From an uncultured Acidobacteriota bacterium (GTDB taxonomy: Bacteria; Acidobacteriota; Thermoanaerobaculia; Gp7-AA8), in assembly GCA_963741955.1 (NCBI GenBank), contig CAVUKB010000004.1:448001-512000 (forward strand): 64,000 nucleotides of DNA, given 5' to 3'. Under the pieces are notes generated by a model. It had not been told where the DNA came from. It did no database searches and saw only the letters and a list, made by a program, of their open reading frames with translations. The translations under genes and the position numbers were made by a program. Of the stretch, positions 38,350-52,210 are shown in pieces; positions within the stretch are counted from its first letter, which is position 1, and every line of letters begins with the position of its first letter.

Positions 38350-39410
38350 TGCTCGCGTCCCGTGCCCCTGAACTTTCGAATCCGGAGCCGACTCCGGTCA
38401 TTCCCAGAGGAGATGGCGAGACACTCCTTGAACTGGCGGGTCTGGCGAAGTACTTCCCGGTCAAGCGAGGGCTCCTCGCGTCGACGGTCGCGGAAGTGAA
38501 AGCCGTCGACGGGATCAGCTTTGCAGTCTCCCGTGGCGAGACGGTCGGACTGGTCGGTGAATCGGGTTCCGGAAAGACCACAGTCGGACGCTGCATCCTT
38601 CGACTGATCGAGCCGACCGCGGGAAGCATGAAGTACGGCGACATCGATCTTCTCTCGCTCGATTCGAATGCGATGCGGCGGATGCGGCGGCGGATGCAGA
38701 TCGTTTTTCAGGATCCGTACGGTTCGCTGAATCCGCGGATGCGGATCGGTCCCATCGTCGAGGAGCCTCTGATCATTCACACCGGGGCGGGGAGTGCGGA
38801 GCGGAAGCGGCGCGTCGCGGAGCTCCTCGAGCGGGTGGGGCTCGATCCGAGCTACGGCCGCCGGTACCCGCACGAGTTTTCCGGTGGGCAACGGCAGCGG
38901 ATCGGGATCGCGCGGGCCATCGCCACGAACCCCGAGTTCCTGGTACTCGACGAGCCGGTCTCGGCGCTCGACGTCTCGATCCAGGCCCAGGTGATCAATC
39001 TGCTCCAGGATCTGCAGCGCGATCTCGGCCTGACGTATCTGTTCATCGCTCACGATCTGGCGGTGGTGCGGCACATCTCGCATCGCGTCGCGGTGATGTA
39101 CCTGGGGAAATTGATGGAGCTCTCGAGCCGGGACGATCTGTACCAGGATCCCCTCCATCCGTATACCAGGGCGCTTCTTTCCGCCGTGCCGGTACCGAAG
39201 CCCGAATCGCACAAGAAGCGGGTGATCCTCTCCGGCGACGTGCCGACCCCGATCAACCCTCCGACCGGTTGCGTCTTTCACACCCGTTGCCCGATCGCGC
39301 AGTTCCCCATCTGTTCGGCCGAAGTTCCACCGCTGATCGAGCACAAGCCGCGACACTTCGCCGCCTGTCACTTTGCCGGAGAACCGATACCCGAATCCGG
39401 CAAGTCCTGA
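38349..39410 (+). CDS. Oligopeptide/dipeptide ABC ATP-binding protein (OppF/DppF-like)
   Basis: [40 protein letters not shown]; TGATG overlap. Confidence 0.92.
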   Translation: MLASRAPELSNPEPTPVIPRGDGETLLELAGLAKYFPVKRGLLASTVAEVKAVDGISFAVSRGETVGLVGESGSGKTTVGRCILRLIEPTAGSMKYGDIDLLSLDSNAMRRMRRRMQIVFQDPYGSLNPRMRIGPIVEEPLIIHTGAGSAERKRRVAELLERVGLDPSYGRRYPHEFSGGQRQRIGIARAIATNPEFLVLDEPVSALDVSIQAQVINLLQDLQRDLGLTYLFIAHDLAVVRHISHRVAVMYLGKLMELSSRDDLYQDPLHPYTRALLSAVPVPKPESHKKRVILSGDVPTPINPPTGCVFHTRCPIAQFPICSAEVPPLIEHKPRHFAACHFAGEPIPESGKS

Positions 39411-39601
39411 CCGGCGAGCTGATGGAGCGTGACCGGCCGCATGAAACCGGCCAGTAAACTTCCCGTCAGGCGGCCAACTGAGCAAGTCCAAGTGCGTCAT
39501 TCTCCGATAGAATGTCGCGTCTTCCGGCGCCGGATCGCCCGTTTCTGATCGTTTACGAAACTCTTCGCGTCGTGATCCGTACACAGCCGTGACGAGGAGG
39601 A

Positions 39602-41317
39602 ATGCGCATGAAGTTTCTCATCCGCTGCTTGATCATCACCTGCCTGACGGCTCTTCCGGCCTTCGCCCAGGAGCCTGGGACGACGACGTCGAGTGGCGCA
39701 GCTCAGCCGGAGCGTGTGCAGACGCCACAGACCTCCGTCACCACACAGGCCCCGCCGAGCGCCACGCAGGACGTGGAGAATCCCAACGCGATGAAGCTGT
39801 CGCTCGAGGACGCGATCCACGCTGCGGTCGAGCAGAACCTGCAGGTCCAGCTCCAGAGCTACGACTATCGGATCATCGGTCAGGATCTCCGGGCGAGCCA
39901 TGGGATCTTCGACTGGTTCACCGACGCGACGATCTCCAAGAGCAGCTCGAAGCAGCCGGTCGTCTCGGCTCTCTCTGCATCGCAGAGCAGTTCCCTGAGA
40001 GCCGATTTCGGTGTGCAGCAGTTGATTCCCACCGGCGGGACGTACCAGCTCTCGTTCAACAATTCCCGTTCGTCGAGCAATAACCAGTTCACGTTCTTCA
40101 ATCCGTACTATCAATCGAGTCTCGGGCTGGGCCTGACCCAACCGCTGCTCAGGAACTTCGGTGTCGACGTCACCGAGCGCGGGATCTTCATCGCCCGGAA
40201 CAATCTCGGGATCAGCCGCGAGCAGTTCCGCGGAGCGATGATCAATGCGGTGCAGGCCGTCGAACAGTCGTACCTCGACCTCGCGTTCGCACGGCAGAAC
40301 CTGCAGGTGAAAGAGCAGTCGCTCGCGCTCGCGCAGGATCAGGCGCGGATCACCCAGATCCGTATCGACGTCGGCGCCGCGGCGCCGCTGGACATCCTCG
40401 AGCCTCGAGTCGCGATCTACACCCGGCAGGAAGAAGTGATCGCCGCGCAGGCACAGGTCCGTGCAGCCGAGGACCGGCTACGGCAGCTGATGAACGTTCC
40501 GCCGTCCGACTGGGACCGGCCGATCGTCACCACCGATCCCGTCGAGTACCAGCCCATCGACATCGACGTCGATCAGGCGGTGCAGAAGGCGATGCAGCAG
40601 CGACCGGAGATCGAGCAGGCGTCGCTCGCCACTCAGAATCAGAAGGTGCAGTACACGTACGCGAGGAACCAGGTCCTTCCGAAACTCGACCTCAACGTGA
40701 ACTACGGCTTCTCGGGTGTCGGTCCGGAGCCGATTCGCGACCCTGTAACCGGCGACATCGTCGGAACAAAGGGGGGATACAGCACGGCATTCAACCAGGT
40801 CACCGGGTTCGACTATCCGGGATGGACGGTCGGTGTGAACATCGGCGTGCCGGTGATGAACATTCAGGCAAGGGCGGAAGCGAAGCGTGCGGGCCTGGAA
40901 CTCGACAAGTCGAAGACCACCGAGGCGCAGACGAAGCAGACCGTTGCAATCCAGGTCCGGACGACGGTCCGCGACATCCACACTGCAGCGCAGCAGATCG
41001 AAGCGGCGAAAGCGGCACGTGAAGCCGCGGAGCAGAACCTGGAAGCGGAGCGGAAAAAGTACGAGAACGGTCTGAGCACGAACTTCGACGTCCTTCGCGT
41101 ACAGAATGACCTTTCCAATGCGCGCAGCAGCGAGCTGCAGGCACTGGTCTCTTATGAGAAGTCCCTCGCCGCGTACCATCAGGCGATCGGCGATCTGCTG
41201 GAGTCGCAGAACATCGTGATCCAGGAGCCGGAGAAGTTCTCGACCGGCCCGAGCCGACTTGAAACGATGCGCTGGCTGCAATACGGTACGTATTCAGGTA
41301 CCGACGAAAAAAAGTGA
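39602..41317 (+). CDS. TolC-family outer membrane efflux protein
   Basis: Signal peptide; LSLEDAI, LTQPLLRNFG, RPEI, LPKLDL, YENGLSTNFDVL. Confidence 0.9.
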   Translation: MRMKFLIRCLIITCLTALPAFAQEPGTTTSSGAAQPERVQTPQTSVTTQAPPSATQDVENPNAMKLSLEDAIHAAVEQNLQVQLQSYDYRIIGQDLRASHGIFDWFTDATISKSSSKQPVVSALSASQSSSLRADFGVQQLIPTGGTYQLSFNNSRSSSNNQFTFFNPYYQSSLGLGLTQPLLRNFGVDVTERGIFIARNNLGISREQFRGAMINAVQAVEQSYLDLAFARQNLQVKEQSLALAQDQARITQIRIDVGAAAPLDILEPRVAIYTRQEEVIAAQAQVRAAEDRLRQLMNVPPSDWDRPIVTTDPVEYQPIDIDVDQAVQKAMQQRPEIEQASLATQNQKVQYTYARNQVLPKLDLNVNYGFSGVGPEPIRDPVTGDIVGTKGGYSTAFNQVTGFDYPGWTVGVNIGVPVMNIQARAEAKRAGLELDKSKTTEAQTKQTVAIQVRTTVRDIHTAAQQIEAAKAAREAAEQNLEAERKKYENGLSTNFDVLRVQNDLSNARSSELQALVSYEKSLAAYHQAIGDLLESQNIVIQEPEKFSTGPSRLETMRWLQYGTYSGTDEKK

Positions 41318-41324
41318 GAATGCG

Positions 41325-42068
41325 ATGAATGAATTTGTGGAGCCCCAGGGGCCTCCCGTTCCGGCCCCGAAGCCGAATCCCTTCGAGCGGTTGTTCGGAG
41401 TCCTCTTTTCTCCGGGCGAGGCGATGGCGAGTATCGCCTCGAAGCCGACCTGGTTGATTCCGATGGTCGTTCTGATCCTCGTGTCGGTCGGTACGTCGAT
41501 CGTGGTCAAGCCCCACATCGACATCGAGTCGGCGATGCGCAAGCAGTTCGAAGAGCGCAACGTGCCGCAGGATCAACAGGAGACCGCGATTGCGGTCGCC
41601 ACGACGATGCAGAAGGTCTCGGTCTACCTGTCGGTGGTCTGGGTCCCGGTCTCGATCCTGATCGTCGCCGCAGTGTTTCTCCTGGTCTTCAAGACCTTCG
41701 GAGGGACGGGGACGTTCGGCCAGTTCTTTGGAGTGACTGTCTGGGCCTGGATTCCGGCGGCGCTGAAATGGATCCTCTTCGCGGGCATTCTATCGACGAA
41801 AGGGATGGTGGATCCGACACAGATCCCGGTGATGATCAAGTCGAGTCTCGCGTTTCTCTCCTCCCCGTCGCATCCGATGATGTTCGCGTTTCTTTCCTCG
41901 ATCGACATCTTCGCGCTGTGGACTCTTGCGCTTCTGGTGCTCGGCTATGCCGCGAGCTCGAAGTTCTCGCGGACGAAGAGCGCGGTCCTGGTGTTCAGTG
42001 TGTGGGCCATCGTGATCCTCGGTAAAGTCGGCCTCGCATCGCTGCAGACCCTTGGAGGAAAGGTTTGA
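41325..42068 (+). CDS. Yip1-family membrane protein (YknW-like)
   Basis: GVLFSPGEAM...KPTW, five hydrophobic helices, IDIFALW. Confidence 0.75.
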   Translation: MNEFVEPQGPPVPAPKPNPFERLFGVLFSPGEAMASIASKPTWLIPMVVLILVSVGTSIVVKPHIDIESAMRKQFEERNVPQDQQETAIAVATTMQKVSVYLSVVWVPVSILIVAAVFLLVFKTFGGTGTFGQFFGVTVWAWIPAALKWILFAGILSTKGMVDPTQIPVMIKSSLAFLSSPSHPMMFAFLSSIDIFALWTLALLVLGYAASSKFSRTKSAVLVFSVWAIVILGKVGLASLQTLGGKV

Positions 42069-43345
42069 GCCGACGCTGGATCGGGATTGCCGCGGGCGTC
42101 GTGGTCCTGACGGTCATCGTCGTAGCCAGTGTCCGGAGCGGCGGAAATGATGGCGAGAAGGTCTACGTCGAGCCGGTCACCCGTCGAAACATCGAATCGA
42201 TCGTCTCGGCGCCTGGCGCCATCGACCCGCGGGTGAAGGTCAACATCAGCGCCCACGTGATCGGGAAGATCGAAAAGCTCTACTTCGAAGAAGGCGACAC
42301 GGTGAAGAAGGGGCAGAAGCTCGTGGAGCTGGAGAAGGTTGCCTACCAGGCGGCTGTCGAGCGCTCCAGGGCGGAGCTCGCGAGCCGCCGCATCGAGCTG
42401 CACCGCGCACGAGTGAGCGAGGCCAATGCGGAGCTTCAGTTCAAACGGGCGCAGCAGCTTCAGACCGAAGGGATTCAGGCCCAGCAGCTCTACGAGGACG
42501 CTCAGATGCAGCTGGCCAACGCGAAAGCGGCGCTGATGTCCGCAGACGAAGGAGTCCGGCAGGCGCAGGCGACTCTCGAGCAGACCCTCGACGACCTCTC
42601 CCGCACCACCATCCTCGCGCCGATGTCCGGCAAGATCGTCCAGCTCAACGCGCACGAAGGCGAAGTGGTGATCACCGGGACGATGAACAATCCCGGATCG
42701 GTGATCGCCGTGCTCGCGGACCTCTCCGAGATACTCGCCGTGGCGGAAGTCGGTGAGACGGAAGTGGTGCGGGTCCACGAAAACCAGACCGCGCGCATTC
42801 ACGTCGATGCCATTCCCGACAAGGAGTACCAGGGTCACGTGGTGGAGATCGGAAGCTCGGCGCAGACGAAGACGGCGAGCTCCGGACTCCGCTACTTCAA
42901 CGTGAAGGTCGCGATCGACAACGCCGACGATCGGTTGCGTCCCGGAATGACCGCACAGGTGGACATCGTCACCGACACCGCGACCAGCGCGCTCTCCGTC
43001 CCGGTTCAGAGCGTCGTCGAGAGGGTTCCGGGACAGAAGGGCGCCAATAAGCCGAAGGACGTCTCGGACGAGACTCCGAAGAAGAAGTACGTCTTCGTGC
43101 TCGATGGCGAGAAAGTGCATCAGAAGGAGGTCACCACCGGAATCAGCAACGATAGGTACGTGGTGATCACCTCCGGTCTGACCGGAAAAGAGAAGGTGGT
43201 CACCGGTCCGTTCCGGACACTCAAGAAGATCGAAGACGGCGCGCACGTGACCCCCGAGGTCGAAGGGAAAGGCGGTAGCGGCACTTCGGACGAAGGAACG
43301 ACGTCGGGCTCGGATGACGAGAGGAAGGACGGGTCGGAATCGTGA
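42065..43345 (+). CDS. Efflux periplasmic adaptor (MacA/HlyD-like)
   Basis: N-terminal anchor, [18 protein letters not shown], coiled hairpin, [15 protein letters not shown]. Confidence 0.92.
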   Translation: MSRRWIGIAAGVVVLTVIVVASVRSGGNDGEKVYVEPVTRRNIESIVSAPGAIDPRVKVNISAHVIGKIEKLYFEEGDTVKKGQKLVELEKVAYQAAVERSRAELASRRIELHRARVSEANAELQFKRAQQLQTEGIQAQQLYEDAQMQLANAKAALMSADEGVRQAQATLEQTLDDLSRTTILAPMSGKIVQLNAHEGEVVITGTMNNPGSVIAVLADLSEILAVAEVGETEVVRVHENQTARIHVDAIPDKEYQGHVVEIGSSAQTKTASSGLRYFNVKVAIDNADDRLRPGMTAQVDIVTDTATSALSVPVQSVVERVPGQKGANKPKDVSDETPKKKYVFVLDGEKVHQKEVTTGISNDRYVVITSGLTGKEKVVTGPFRTLKKIEDGAHVTPEVEGKGGSGTSDEGTTSGSDDERKDGSES

Positions 43346-44061
43346 CCATGACCATGACAGACGCACCAGGGGCGCAGCCGTCGCGTAACGGGGCCCATCT
43401 GATCGAGATGGAGGAGATCTACCGGATCTACGAACTGGGTCCGGACAAGATCTTCGCCCTGAACGGTCTCTCGCTGACCATCGAGCACGGTGAATACGTC
43501 GCCATCATGGGACCCTCCGGCTCGGGTAAGTCGACCCTGATGAACATCATCGGCTGTCTCGACACGCCCACCTCGGGGAGCTATCACCTCGACGGGGTTG
43601 CGGTGGAGAGCATGACCGACGACGAACTGGCCGCAGTCCGGAACCTGAAGATCGGATTCGTGTTCCAGACGTTCAATCTCCTCGCCCGGACCACCGCGCT
43701 CCACAACGTGGAGCTCCCGCTGATCTACGCGCGGATTCCGCGAGCCGAGCGCCGCCGGAAAGCGGAAGAAGCGCTGCGACACGTCGGACTCGCCGAGCGT
43801 ATCAATCATCAGCCGAACGAGCTGTCGGGCGGCCAGCGTCAGCGCGTCGCAGTCGCCAGGGCGCTGGTCAACGGGCCTTCTCTGCTGCTCGCCGACGAGC
43901 CGACCGGGAATCTCGATACCAAGACCGGGCGCGAGATTCTCGATCTCTTCCGAGAGCTGCACGACCGGGGAAACTCCATCATCATGGTCACCCACGAGGA
44001 AGACGTGGCCCGTGAGGCGAAGCGCGTGATCCACATCCGGGACGGAGTAGTGAGCCAGTAG
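43342..44061 (+). CDS. MacB/LolD-type ABC ATP-binding protein
   Basis: [35 protein letters not shown]. Confidence 0.95.
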   Translation: MTMTMTDAPGAQPSRNGAHLIEMEEIYRIYELGPDKIFALNGLSLTIEHGEYVAIMGPSGSGKSTLMNIIGCLDTPTSGSYHLDGVAVESMTDDELAAVRNLKIGFVFQTFNLLARTTALHNVELPLIYARIPRAERRRKAEEALRHVGLAERINHQPNELSGGQRQRVAVARALVNGPSLLLADEPTGNLDTKTGREILDLFRELHDRGNSIIMVTHEEDVAREAKRVIHIRDGVVSQ

Positions 44062-44079
44062 GCAGCCGCGGGCGACGAC

Positions 44080-45303
44080 ATGTTTCTCGAGAACCTAAGC
44101 ATTGCACTCAAGGCCATCTGGGCCAACAAGATGAGGTCCGTCCTCACCACGCTCGGGATCATCGTCGGCGTCTCATCGGTCATCGCGGTCGTGTCGCTCG
44201 TACAGGGGATGCAGTTCAGCATCTCCAACGAGCTCCAGGGGGTCGGCTCCACCTACATCATCGTCGTCCCCGAGGCGGATCGGGAACACCGGACGATGGA
44301 CCAGCGGATTCCCGAGCTCAATTATCAGGACGGCCTCGCCGTTCTCCGCCAGGCCCCCGAGATCAAAGAGTTCACGCCGATCTTCTTCACCGGGGCGCAG
44401 ACGAAATTCCGCGACAACACCCACTCCACGACGCTCCTCGGCGTCGGAGAGTCGTACCAGGAAGTGGTGAATCACTGGGTCGATCGCGGCCGCTTCTTCA
44501 CGCCATTGGACGTGGAGGCGCGGAAACGCGTTGCTCTCGTCGGAATCGAAGCGGCGAAGAAACTCGGAATCGACGAAGCTCCGCTCGGCAAGAGCATCCA
44601 GATCAACGGAACGCCCTTCACGGTGATCGGGATCATGGAGAAGAAGGGGAGGATGTTCGGACAGGACAACGACGACGTGGTCCTGATTCCCTTCTCCACG
44701 GCGGCGGTGGTGTACGGTCCCGACGCGGTTCGGACCATCCGGCTCGACTTTCAGGCCCGCGATCCGAAGACCATGGATCTCGCGAAGGAACAGATCAATG
44801 AGGTGCTCCGGGCGAGGCACCATCTGAAGAAAGACGCCAAGGACGACTTCCGGATCATTCTCCAGGAAGAGCTTCTCAACACGATCTCGAAAGTACTGAG
44901 GTCGACCACGCTGGTCATGGCCGCAGTGGTCGGAATCGCGCTTCTGGTCGGAGGCATCGGGATCATGAACATCATGCTCGTCTCGGTGACCGAGAGGACC
45001 AGGGAGATCGGGATCCGGAAGGCCGTGGGCGCGCGTCGCGCCGACGTCCTCCAGCAGTTTCTGATCGAAGCGATCACCCTCTCGGGTGTCGGAGGCGGAT
45101 TGGGAATCGTCTTCGGAGTGGGGCTGGGGATGCTGGTCCGAAAGCTCCTGGCACGGCTCGTCGAGTTCCCGGCGGTTCACACTCCGCTCTGGGCAGTCGG
45201 ACTCTCAGTCGGATTCTGCGCTCTGCTGGGCATCATCTTCGGGATCTATCCGGCCGCGAAGGCGTCGAAGCTCGATCCGATCGAAGCGCTCCGCTACGAG
45301 TAG
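44080..45303 (+). CDS. MacB-type ABC permease
   Basis: RSVLTTLGIIVG, GGIGIMNIMLVSVTERTREIGIRKAVGA, PAAKASKLDPIEALRYE. Confidence 0.95.
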   Translation: MFLENLSIALKAIWANKMRSVLTTLGIIVGVSSVIAVVSLVQGMQFSISNELQGVGSTYIIVVPEADREHRTMDQRIPELNYQDGLAVLRQAPEIKEFTPIFFTGAQTKFRDNTHSTTLLGVGESYQEVVNHWVDRGRFFTPLDVEARKRVALVGIEAAKKLGIDEAPLGKSIQINGTPFTVIGIMEKKGRMFGQDNDDVVLIPFSTAAVVYGPDAVRTIRLDFQARDPKTMDLAKEQINEVLRARHHLKKDAKDDFRIILQEELLNTISKVLRSTTLVMAAVVGIALLVGGIGIMNIMLVSVTERTREIGIRKAVGARRADVLQQFLIEAITLSGVGGGLGIVFGVGLGMLVRKLLARLVEFPAVHTPLWAVGLSVGFCALLGIIFGIYPAAKASKLDPIEALRYE

Positions 45304-45339
45304 CACCCGATCCGCAGGACGCCGGGCTGATCCCCTCTG

Positions 45340-45897
45340 CTATTTCGCGCGCTCGATATAGCGATTGTCGGAAGGATCGACGATCAGCTCTTCTCCGTCG
45401 CTGACGAAGGGAGGGACCTGGATGACCACTCCGTTCTCGAGCGTGGCGGGTTTGTACGAGGCGGACGCGGTGCCACCCTTCACCTCGGGCTGGGTCTCGA
45501 CCACTTTGGCTCGGATGGTCTTCGGAAGGTCCACGCCGATCGGACGTGCTTCGTAGAACTGGACCGAGATCTTCAGCCCCGGCGTCAGCCACTGGGCGGC
45601 GTTCCCCAGGTCGTCGCCGGTCATCTCGATCTGTTCGAAGTTTTCGGTGTTCATGAAGTGATGAGCCGATCCGTCGGAGTAGAGGTACTCCATCTCGTGC
45701 GTCTCGATGAAGGCCTGGTCGATCGAGTCGCCGGAGCGGAAGCGATGCTCGAACTGATTCCCCGTCCTGAGATTCCGGAGCTTGGCCTGCACCATGGCGC
45801 GGAGGTTTCCGGGGGTGTGGTGGCGGAACTCCATCACCTTGCAGAGGTCCCCGTTGAAGAGGATGATCATGTTGTTGCGGAGGTCATTGGCTTGCAT
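45340..45897 (-). CDS. efp: Elongation factor P
   Basis: HHTPGNLRA loop, YLYSDG, FMNTENFEQ, KGGTA...KPATLENG...VPPFV, YIER. Confidence 0.95.
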   Translation of the reverse strand: MQANDLRNNMIILFNGDLCKVMEFRHHTPGNLRAMVQAKLRNLRTGNQFEHRFRSGDSIDQAFIETHEMEYLYSDGSAHHFMNTENFEQIEMTGDDLGNAAQWLTPGLKISVQFYEARPIGVDLPKTIRAKVVETQPEVKGGTASASYKPATLENGVVIQVPPFVSDGEELIVDPSDNRYIERAK

Positions 45898-46161
45898 GAG
45901 GGCGCGTCAATCCTTTCGTTCGTTTCAGGCGCAAATTCGGTGTCCCGGGGGGAGCGCTGCGGGGCGCGTCGGGCGTCGCCGGCACACGCACCTCGAGCAC
46001 GCGAACGTCCGGCGTCACACAGCCGGGAAACGCCACGGGGCGAGGAACCTATTCCGCCTTCGATGGAGTCGGCGTTTCACTCTGGGGAAGAAATCGCGGT
46101 AAAATCCGGAGTCGAAGTCCAAAATAACGTTCCAATCCCTGAAAGTTGACCGAGGTGGCCG

Positions 46162-47334
46162 GTGCACATCAATGACTTACTCAAAATCGCGACCGAACGT
46201 CGGGCGTCGGATCTTCACCTGAAGGTCGGCTCACATCCCGTGATTCGTGTCGACGGGCAGCTGATCCCGCTGGTCGAGCTCAAGCGCCTGATGCAGGAAG
46301 ATACGATCGCGATGGCTTTCTCCATGATGTCGTCCCGGCAGAAGGAGAAGTTCAAGAACAACTACGAGATCGACTTCGCATACTCGGTCCCCGGCCTCGG
46401 CCGGTTTCGCTGCAACATCTTTCAGCAGCGCGGGACGGTGGGCCTCGTCCTTCGCGTCATTCCGGTCAAGATCGCGACCGTCCGTGAGCTGATGCTCCCG
46501 GTGATCCTGGAGAAGGTCTGCGAAGAACAGCGTGGACTGATCCTCTGCACCGGGACCACCGGATCCGGTAAGTCGACCACCCTCGCCGCGATGATCGATT
46601 ACATCAACGCCCACCGCACCGAGCACATCATCACGGTCGAAGACCCGATCGAGTTTCTCCACCGGGACAAGAAGTCGATCGTCAATCAGCGCGAGGTGGA
46701 AGTCGACACCAAGTCATTCTCCCAGGCGCTCCGCTCGGCACTCCGTCAGGATCCCGACGTGATCCTGGTCGGTGAAATGCGTGACTACGAAACCATCGAG
46801 ACGGCGCTCACCGCAGCAGAGACGGGACACCTCGTCCTTTCGACGCTCCACACCATGGACGCCACGGAGACGATCAACCGCATCATCGCGGTCTTCCCGC
46901 CGCACCAGCAGAAGCAGATCCGTCTGCAGCTCGCGGCGGTACTCAAGGCGGTCATCTCGCTCCGCCTCCTCCCGCGAGCGGACGGGCTGGGACGAGTTCC
47001 GGCCTGTGAAGTACTGATCTCGACCAACTACATCCGCGACTGTATCGAGAACAAGGACAAGACGAAGCTGATCAAGGACGCCATCACCCAGGGTACTTCG
47101 CAGTACGGGATGCAGACGTTCGATCAGTCGATCTTCATCCTGTACAAGAACGGCCTGATCACTCTGGAGGAGGCGCTGCGCCGGGCCTCGAATCCCGACG
47201 AGTTCAAACTTCGCATCCAGGGAATCCAGTCGACCGCCGACGCCTCCCGGGAGGAGATGGAAGGAAAGCTTCAGATGGCGCAGGAGGATCCTTTCTCCGA
47301 GGATTCTCCGTTCGATTTTTCGAATCAGGTCTGA
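46162..47334 (+). CDS. pilT: Type IV pilus retraction ATPase PilT/PilU family
   Basis: ASDLHL, GTTGSGKST, TVEDPIEF, LRQDPDVILVGEMRD, AETGHLVLSTLHT, GMQTFDQ. Confidence 0.9.
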   Translation: MHINDLLKIATERRASDLHLKVGSHPVIRVDGQLIPLVELKRLMQEDTIAMAFSMMSSRQKEKFKNNYEIDFAYSVPGLGRFRCNIFQQRGTVGLVLRVIPVKIATVRELMLPVILEKVCEEQRGLILCTGTTGSGKSTTLAAMIDYINAHRTEHIITVEDPIEFLHRDKKSIVNQREVEVDTKSFSQALRSALRQDPDVILVGEMRDYETIETALTAAETGHLVLSTLHTMDATETINRIIAVFPPHQQKQIRLQLAAVLKAVISLRLLPRADGLGRVPACEVLISTNYIRDCIENKDKTKLIKDAITQGTSQYGMQTFDQSIFILYKNGLITLEEALRRASNPDEFKLRIQGIQSTADASREEMEGKLQMAQEDPFSEDSPFDFSNQV

Positions 47335-47356
47335 GGGAGCTCCGGAAACCGAAGTT

Positions 47357-47392
47357 GCGCGAAATGCGCGAATCGCGCGATTCGCGCGATTT
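47357..47392. repeat. 4 x 9-bp degenerate tandem repeat that is also palindromic
   Basis: GCGCGAAAT GCGCGAATC GCGCGATTC GCGCGATTT after the pilT stop. Confidence 0.7.
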
Positions 47393-47526
47393 TTCTGCGG
47401 TCCGATTCGGCGCGGAAACGGCCGGCCGCCCGACGCAGCGTGGCTTCCGCGTCAGGTCTCGATCGATTCGCGCAATTCGGATCGGATCCCTCTGACACGA
47501 GGTGGGCACGTTAGAATGACCCCGCC

Positions 47527-48063
47527 ATGCCGCGCCGACCTTCCCCCGACCAGCCGCCGATCGAAGATCCCGAAAAGTGCTACGAGGCGGCACTGCGTCT
47601 GCTCGGGTACCGATGGAGGAGCTCGGAGGAATTGCGGCTGCGCCTCCGACGACGGAACTTCTCGGCCGCAGTGATCGAGCGGACGATCGAGCGGCTGACC
47701 GGAGCGGGGTGGGTGGACGACGAGCGATTCGCTTCCGAAATGGCGCGATCGCTTCTGCGGCGCAAGCGCGGTCCGCGAAGGGTGCTGCAGGAGCTCCGGC
47801 AATTCGGTATCGATCAGGCGGGGAGGGAAGCGGCGCTCTCGGGAGCCCTGCAGGAGGAGCCTGCGGAACGGCATCTCCGGGAGCTCTGCCGGAGGAGAAT
47901 CCGGATGGCCGTACGCTCCCGCGGCCGGGAGTGGCTCGTCTCGGATCAGGAAAGAAACAAATTGATCGCATATCTGTTGAATCACGGGTACGACTACGAA
48001 TCGGTTGCGGACGTGGTGAAAGACGAGCTCCAGCGCGCCGCGTCGAACGAAGCGGAGTCGTGA
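47527..48063 (+). CDS. recX: Regulatory protein RecX
   Basis: ALRLLGYRWRSSEELRLRL, GWVDDERFA, GPRRVLQELRQFGI, YLLNHGY. Confidence 0.88.
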   Translation: MPRRPSPDQPPIEDPEKCYEAALRLLGYRWRSSEELRLRLRRRNFSAAVIERTIERLTGAGWVDDERFASEMARSLLRRKRGPRRVLQELRQFGIDQAGREAALSGALQEEPAERHLRELCRRRIRMAVRSRGREWLVSDQERNKLIAYLLNHGYDYESVADVVKDELQRAASNEAES

Positions 48064-48126
48064 TCCCCGCGGCCCGACCGGTCCGGGCCGGAACCGAATT
48101 TCTGAGACAGGAGAGCGGAATTCCCG

Positions 48127-50799
<2,673 letters not shown>

Positions 50800-50822
50800 A
50801 GACCTGACCCTTTTTTCGAATC

Positions 50823-51584
50823 ATGACCGACACGAGGACGCACGCCTGGGGGACGCAGCCCGAGATGTTCGGGCCGCGTCACGAATACCGGCTGGCGATG
50901 TTTCTCAGAGAGACGCGTTCCCTCCCGAGACCCTCGCGGATCCTGGACGGAGCGGTGGGGCTCGGCCAGCTCGCCTCGAAGCTGAAGAGTCAGGGCCATC
51001 GGGTCTTCGGGATCGATGCTTCATTCGCTGCGGCGCTCCATTCGTCCCGATCAGGGATTCCGTCGGTTGCCGGCGATCTGACGCGGATGCCGTTTCGGCG
51101 GGAGGTTTTCGACGCCGTGACGTCGGGCGAGACGCTCGAGCATCTCGACGCCGATGCACCCGCAGTAAGCGAGATGGCGCGAGTGGGACGGGAGGGAGCG
51201 AAGCTGGTGATCACCGTTCCGGCGCTGCGCGCACTCTGGACGCGATCGGACGACTACTACGAGCACCGGCGGCGCTACTCGCGCCGCGAGCTGACGGGAC
51301 TCTTTCGAGCGGCATCGCTGACGGTGCAGAAGGCGCGGTTCTGGGGATTCCCCGTCGTGCTCGTCTATGACACGCTCTTTCTTCTTCCGATGAATCTCCG
51401 GCGTGCACGGCGAGCAGTGGAGGAGGATCGTGCGCTCCGCTCGGTGGCCGTGGCCGGCCGCGCACGCTGGCTCGTTCACGTCGTCCAGGCGGTGTTCTCG
51501 ATCGACCGCCTTTTTTCTTTCGTTCCGTTTGGTCCGGGATTGCTCCTCGTTGCACGCAAGCCCCGGTCGGGTGAGCGAGGGTGA
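50823..51584 (+). CDS. Class I SAM-dependent methyltransferase
   Basis: ILDGAVGLG, GDLTRMPF, FDAV...ETLEHL, ITVPA...W...D...HRRRY. Confidence 0.82.
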   Translation: MTDTRTHAWGTQPEMFGPRHEYRLAMFLRETRSLPRPSRILDGAVGLGQLASKLKSQGHRVFGIDASFAAALHSSRSGIPSVAGDLTRMPFRREVFDAVTSGETLEHLDADAPAVSEMARVGREGAKLVITVPALRALWTRSDDYYEHRRRYSRRELTGLFRAASLTVQKARFWGFPVVLVYDTLFLLPMNLRRARRAVEEDRALRSVAVAGRARWLVHVVQAVFSIDRLFSFVPFGPGLLLVARKPRSGERG

Positions 51585-52210
51585 TGCCGTCCGAACCGAC
51601 CGCGCGTGTCGTCATCGTGACGCGCCCGATCGACGCGGCGACCTTCGACCGGCTGGACCGCGACGCGGACATCATCGCCCTCTGCGGCGATTCGCTGGAG
51701 GTCGCAGAACCGGCACTTTTCGAGCCCGTCCTCGACCGTCGCTCGCTTCTGGTGGTCGGGCTGGACCGGACGTCTCGTTCTTTTCCTTTCGCACTCGGAA
51801 TGGTCGCGGACGTTTTCGCGGTACACGTCGAATCCTCCGTGACACTGAACCCGCGAAATCCGGAGATCCTCACCGGAATCGGTTCCAGAATAGGGCGGGA
51901 GGCAATCCGGTTGCTGTTCGATGGGCCGGTCTCGATCGACGGGCGCGGCCTGTGCGACGCCGGGCTTTGCGATGCGCTTGTCGAGAAAAGCGAGGATTCG
52001 GTAAAGTGGATCGACTCGTGGCTCGGGAAGAGGAGCGTTCTCGCGCTCGCGGCTGCGGGCCGTCTCATACGGAGCCGTGGAGGTGACGTTCTCGAGCGTT
52101 TCGAGTTCGGACGGCTTTTCGCGGCGGGCGAGCCGCAACGGGGGCTGGAGAAATTCTTGAAGAAGCTTCCTCTGGATTTCACCGGAAAGACGATCGTGGA
52201 GAGGTTATGA
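51581..52210 (+). CDS. Degenerate enoyl-CoA hydratase/crotonase-like protein
   Basis: LGMVAD...[23 protein letters not shown] and E...FGRLF...[19 protein letters not shown] resemble a crotonase C-terminus; both ends overlap neighbouring genes. Confidence 0.6.
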   Translation: MMPSEPTARVVIVTRPIDAATFDRLDRDADIIALCGDSLEVAEPALFEPVLDRRSLLVVGLDRTSRSFPFALGMVADVFAVHVESSVTLNPRNPEILTGIGSRIGREAIRLLFDGPVSIDGRGLCDAGLCDALVEKSEDSVKWIDSWLGKRSVLALAAAGRLIRSRGGDVLERFEFGRLFAAGEPQRGLEKFLKKLPLDFTGKTIVERL

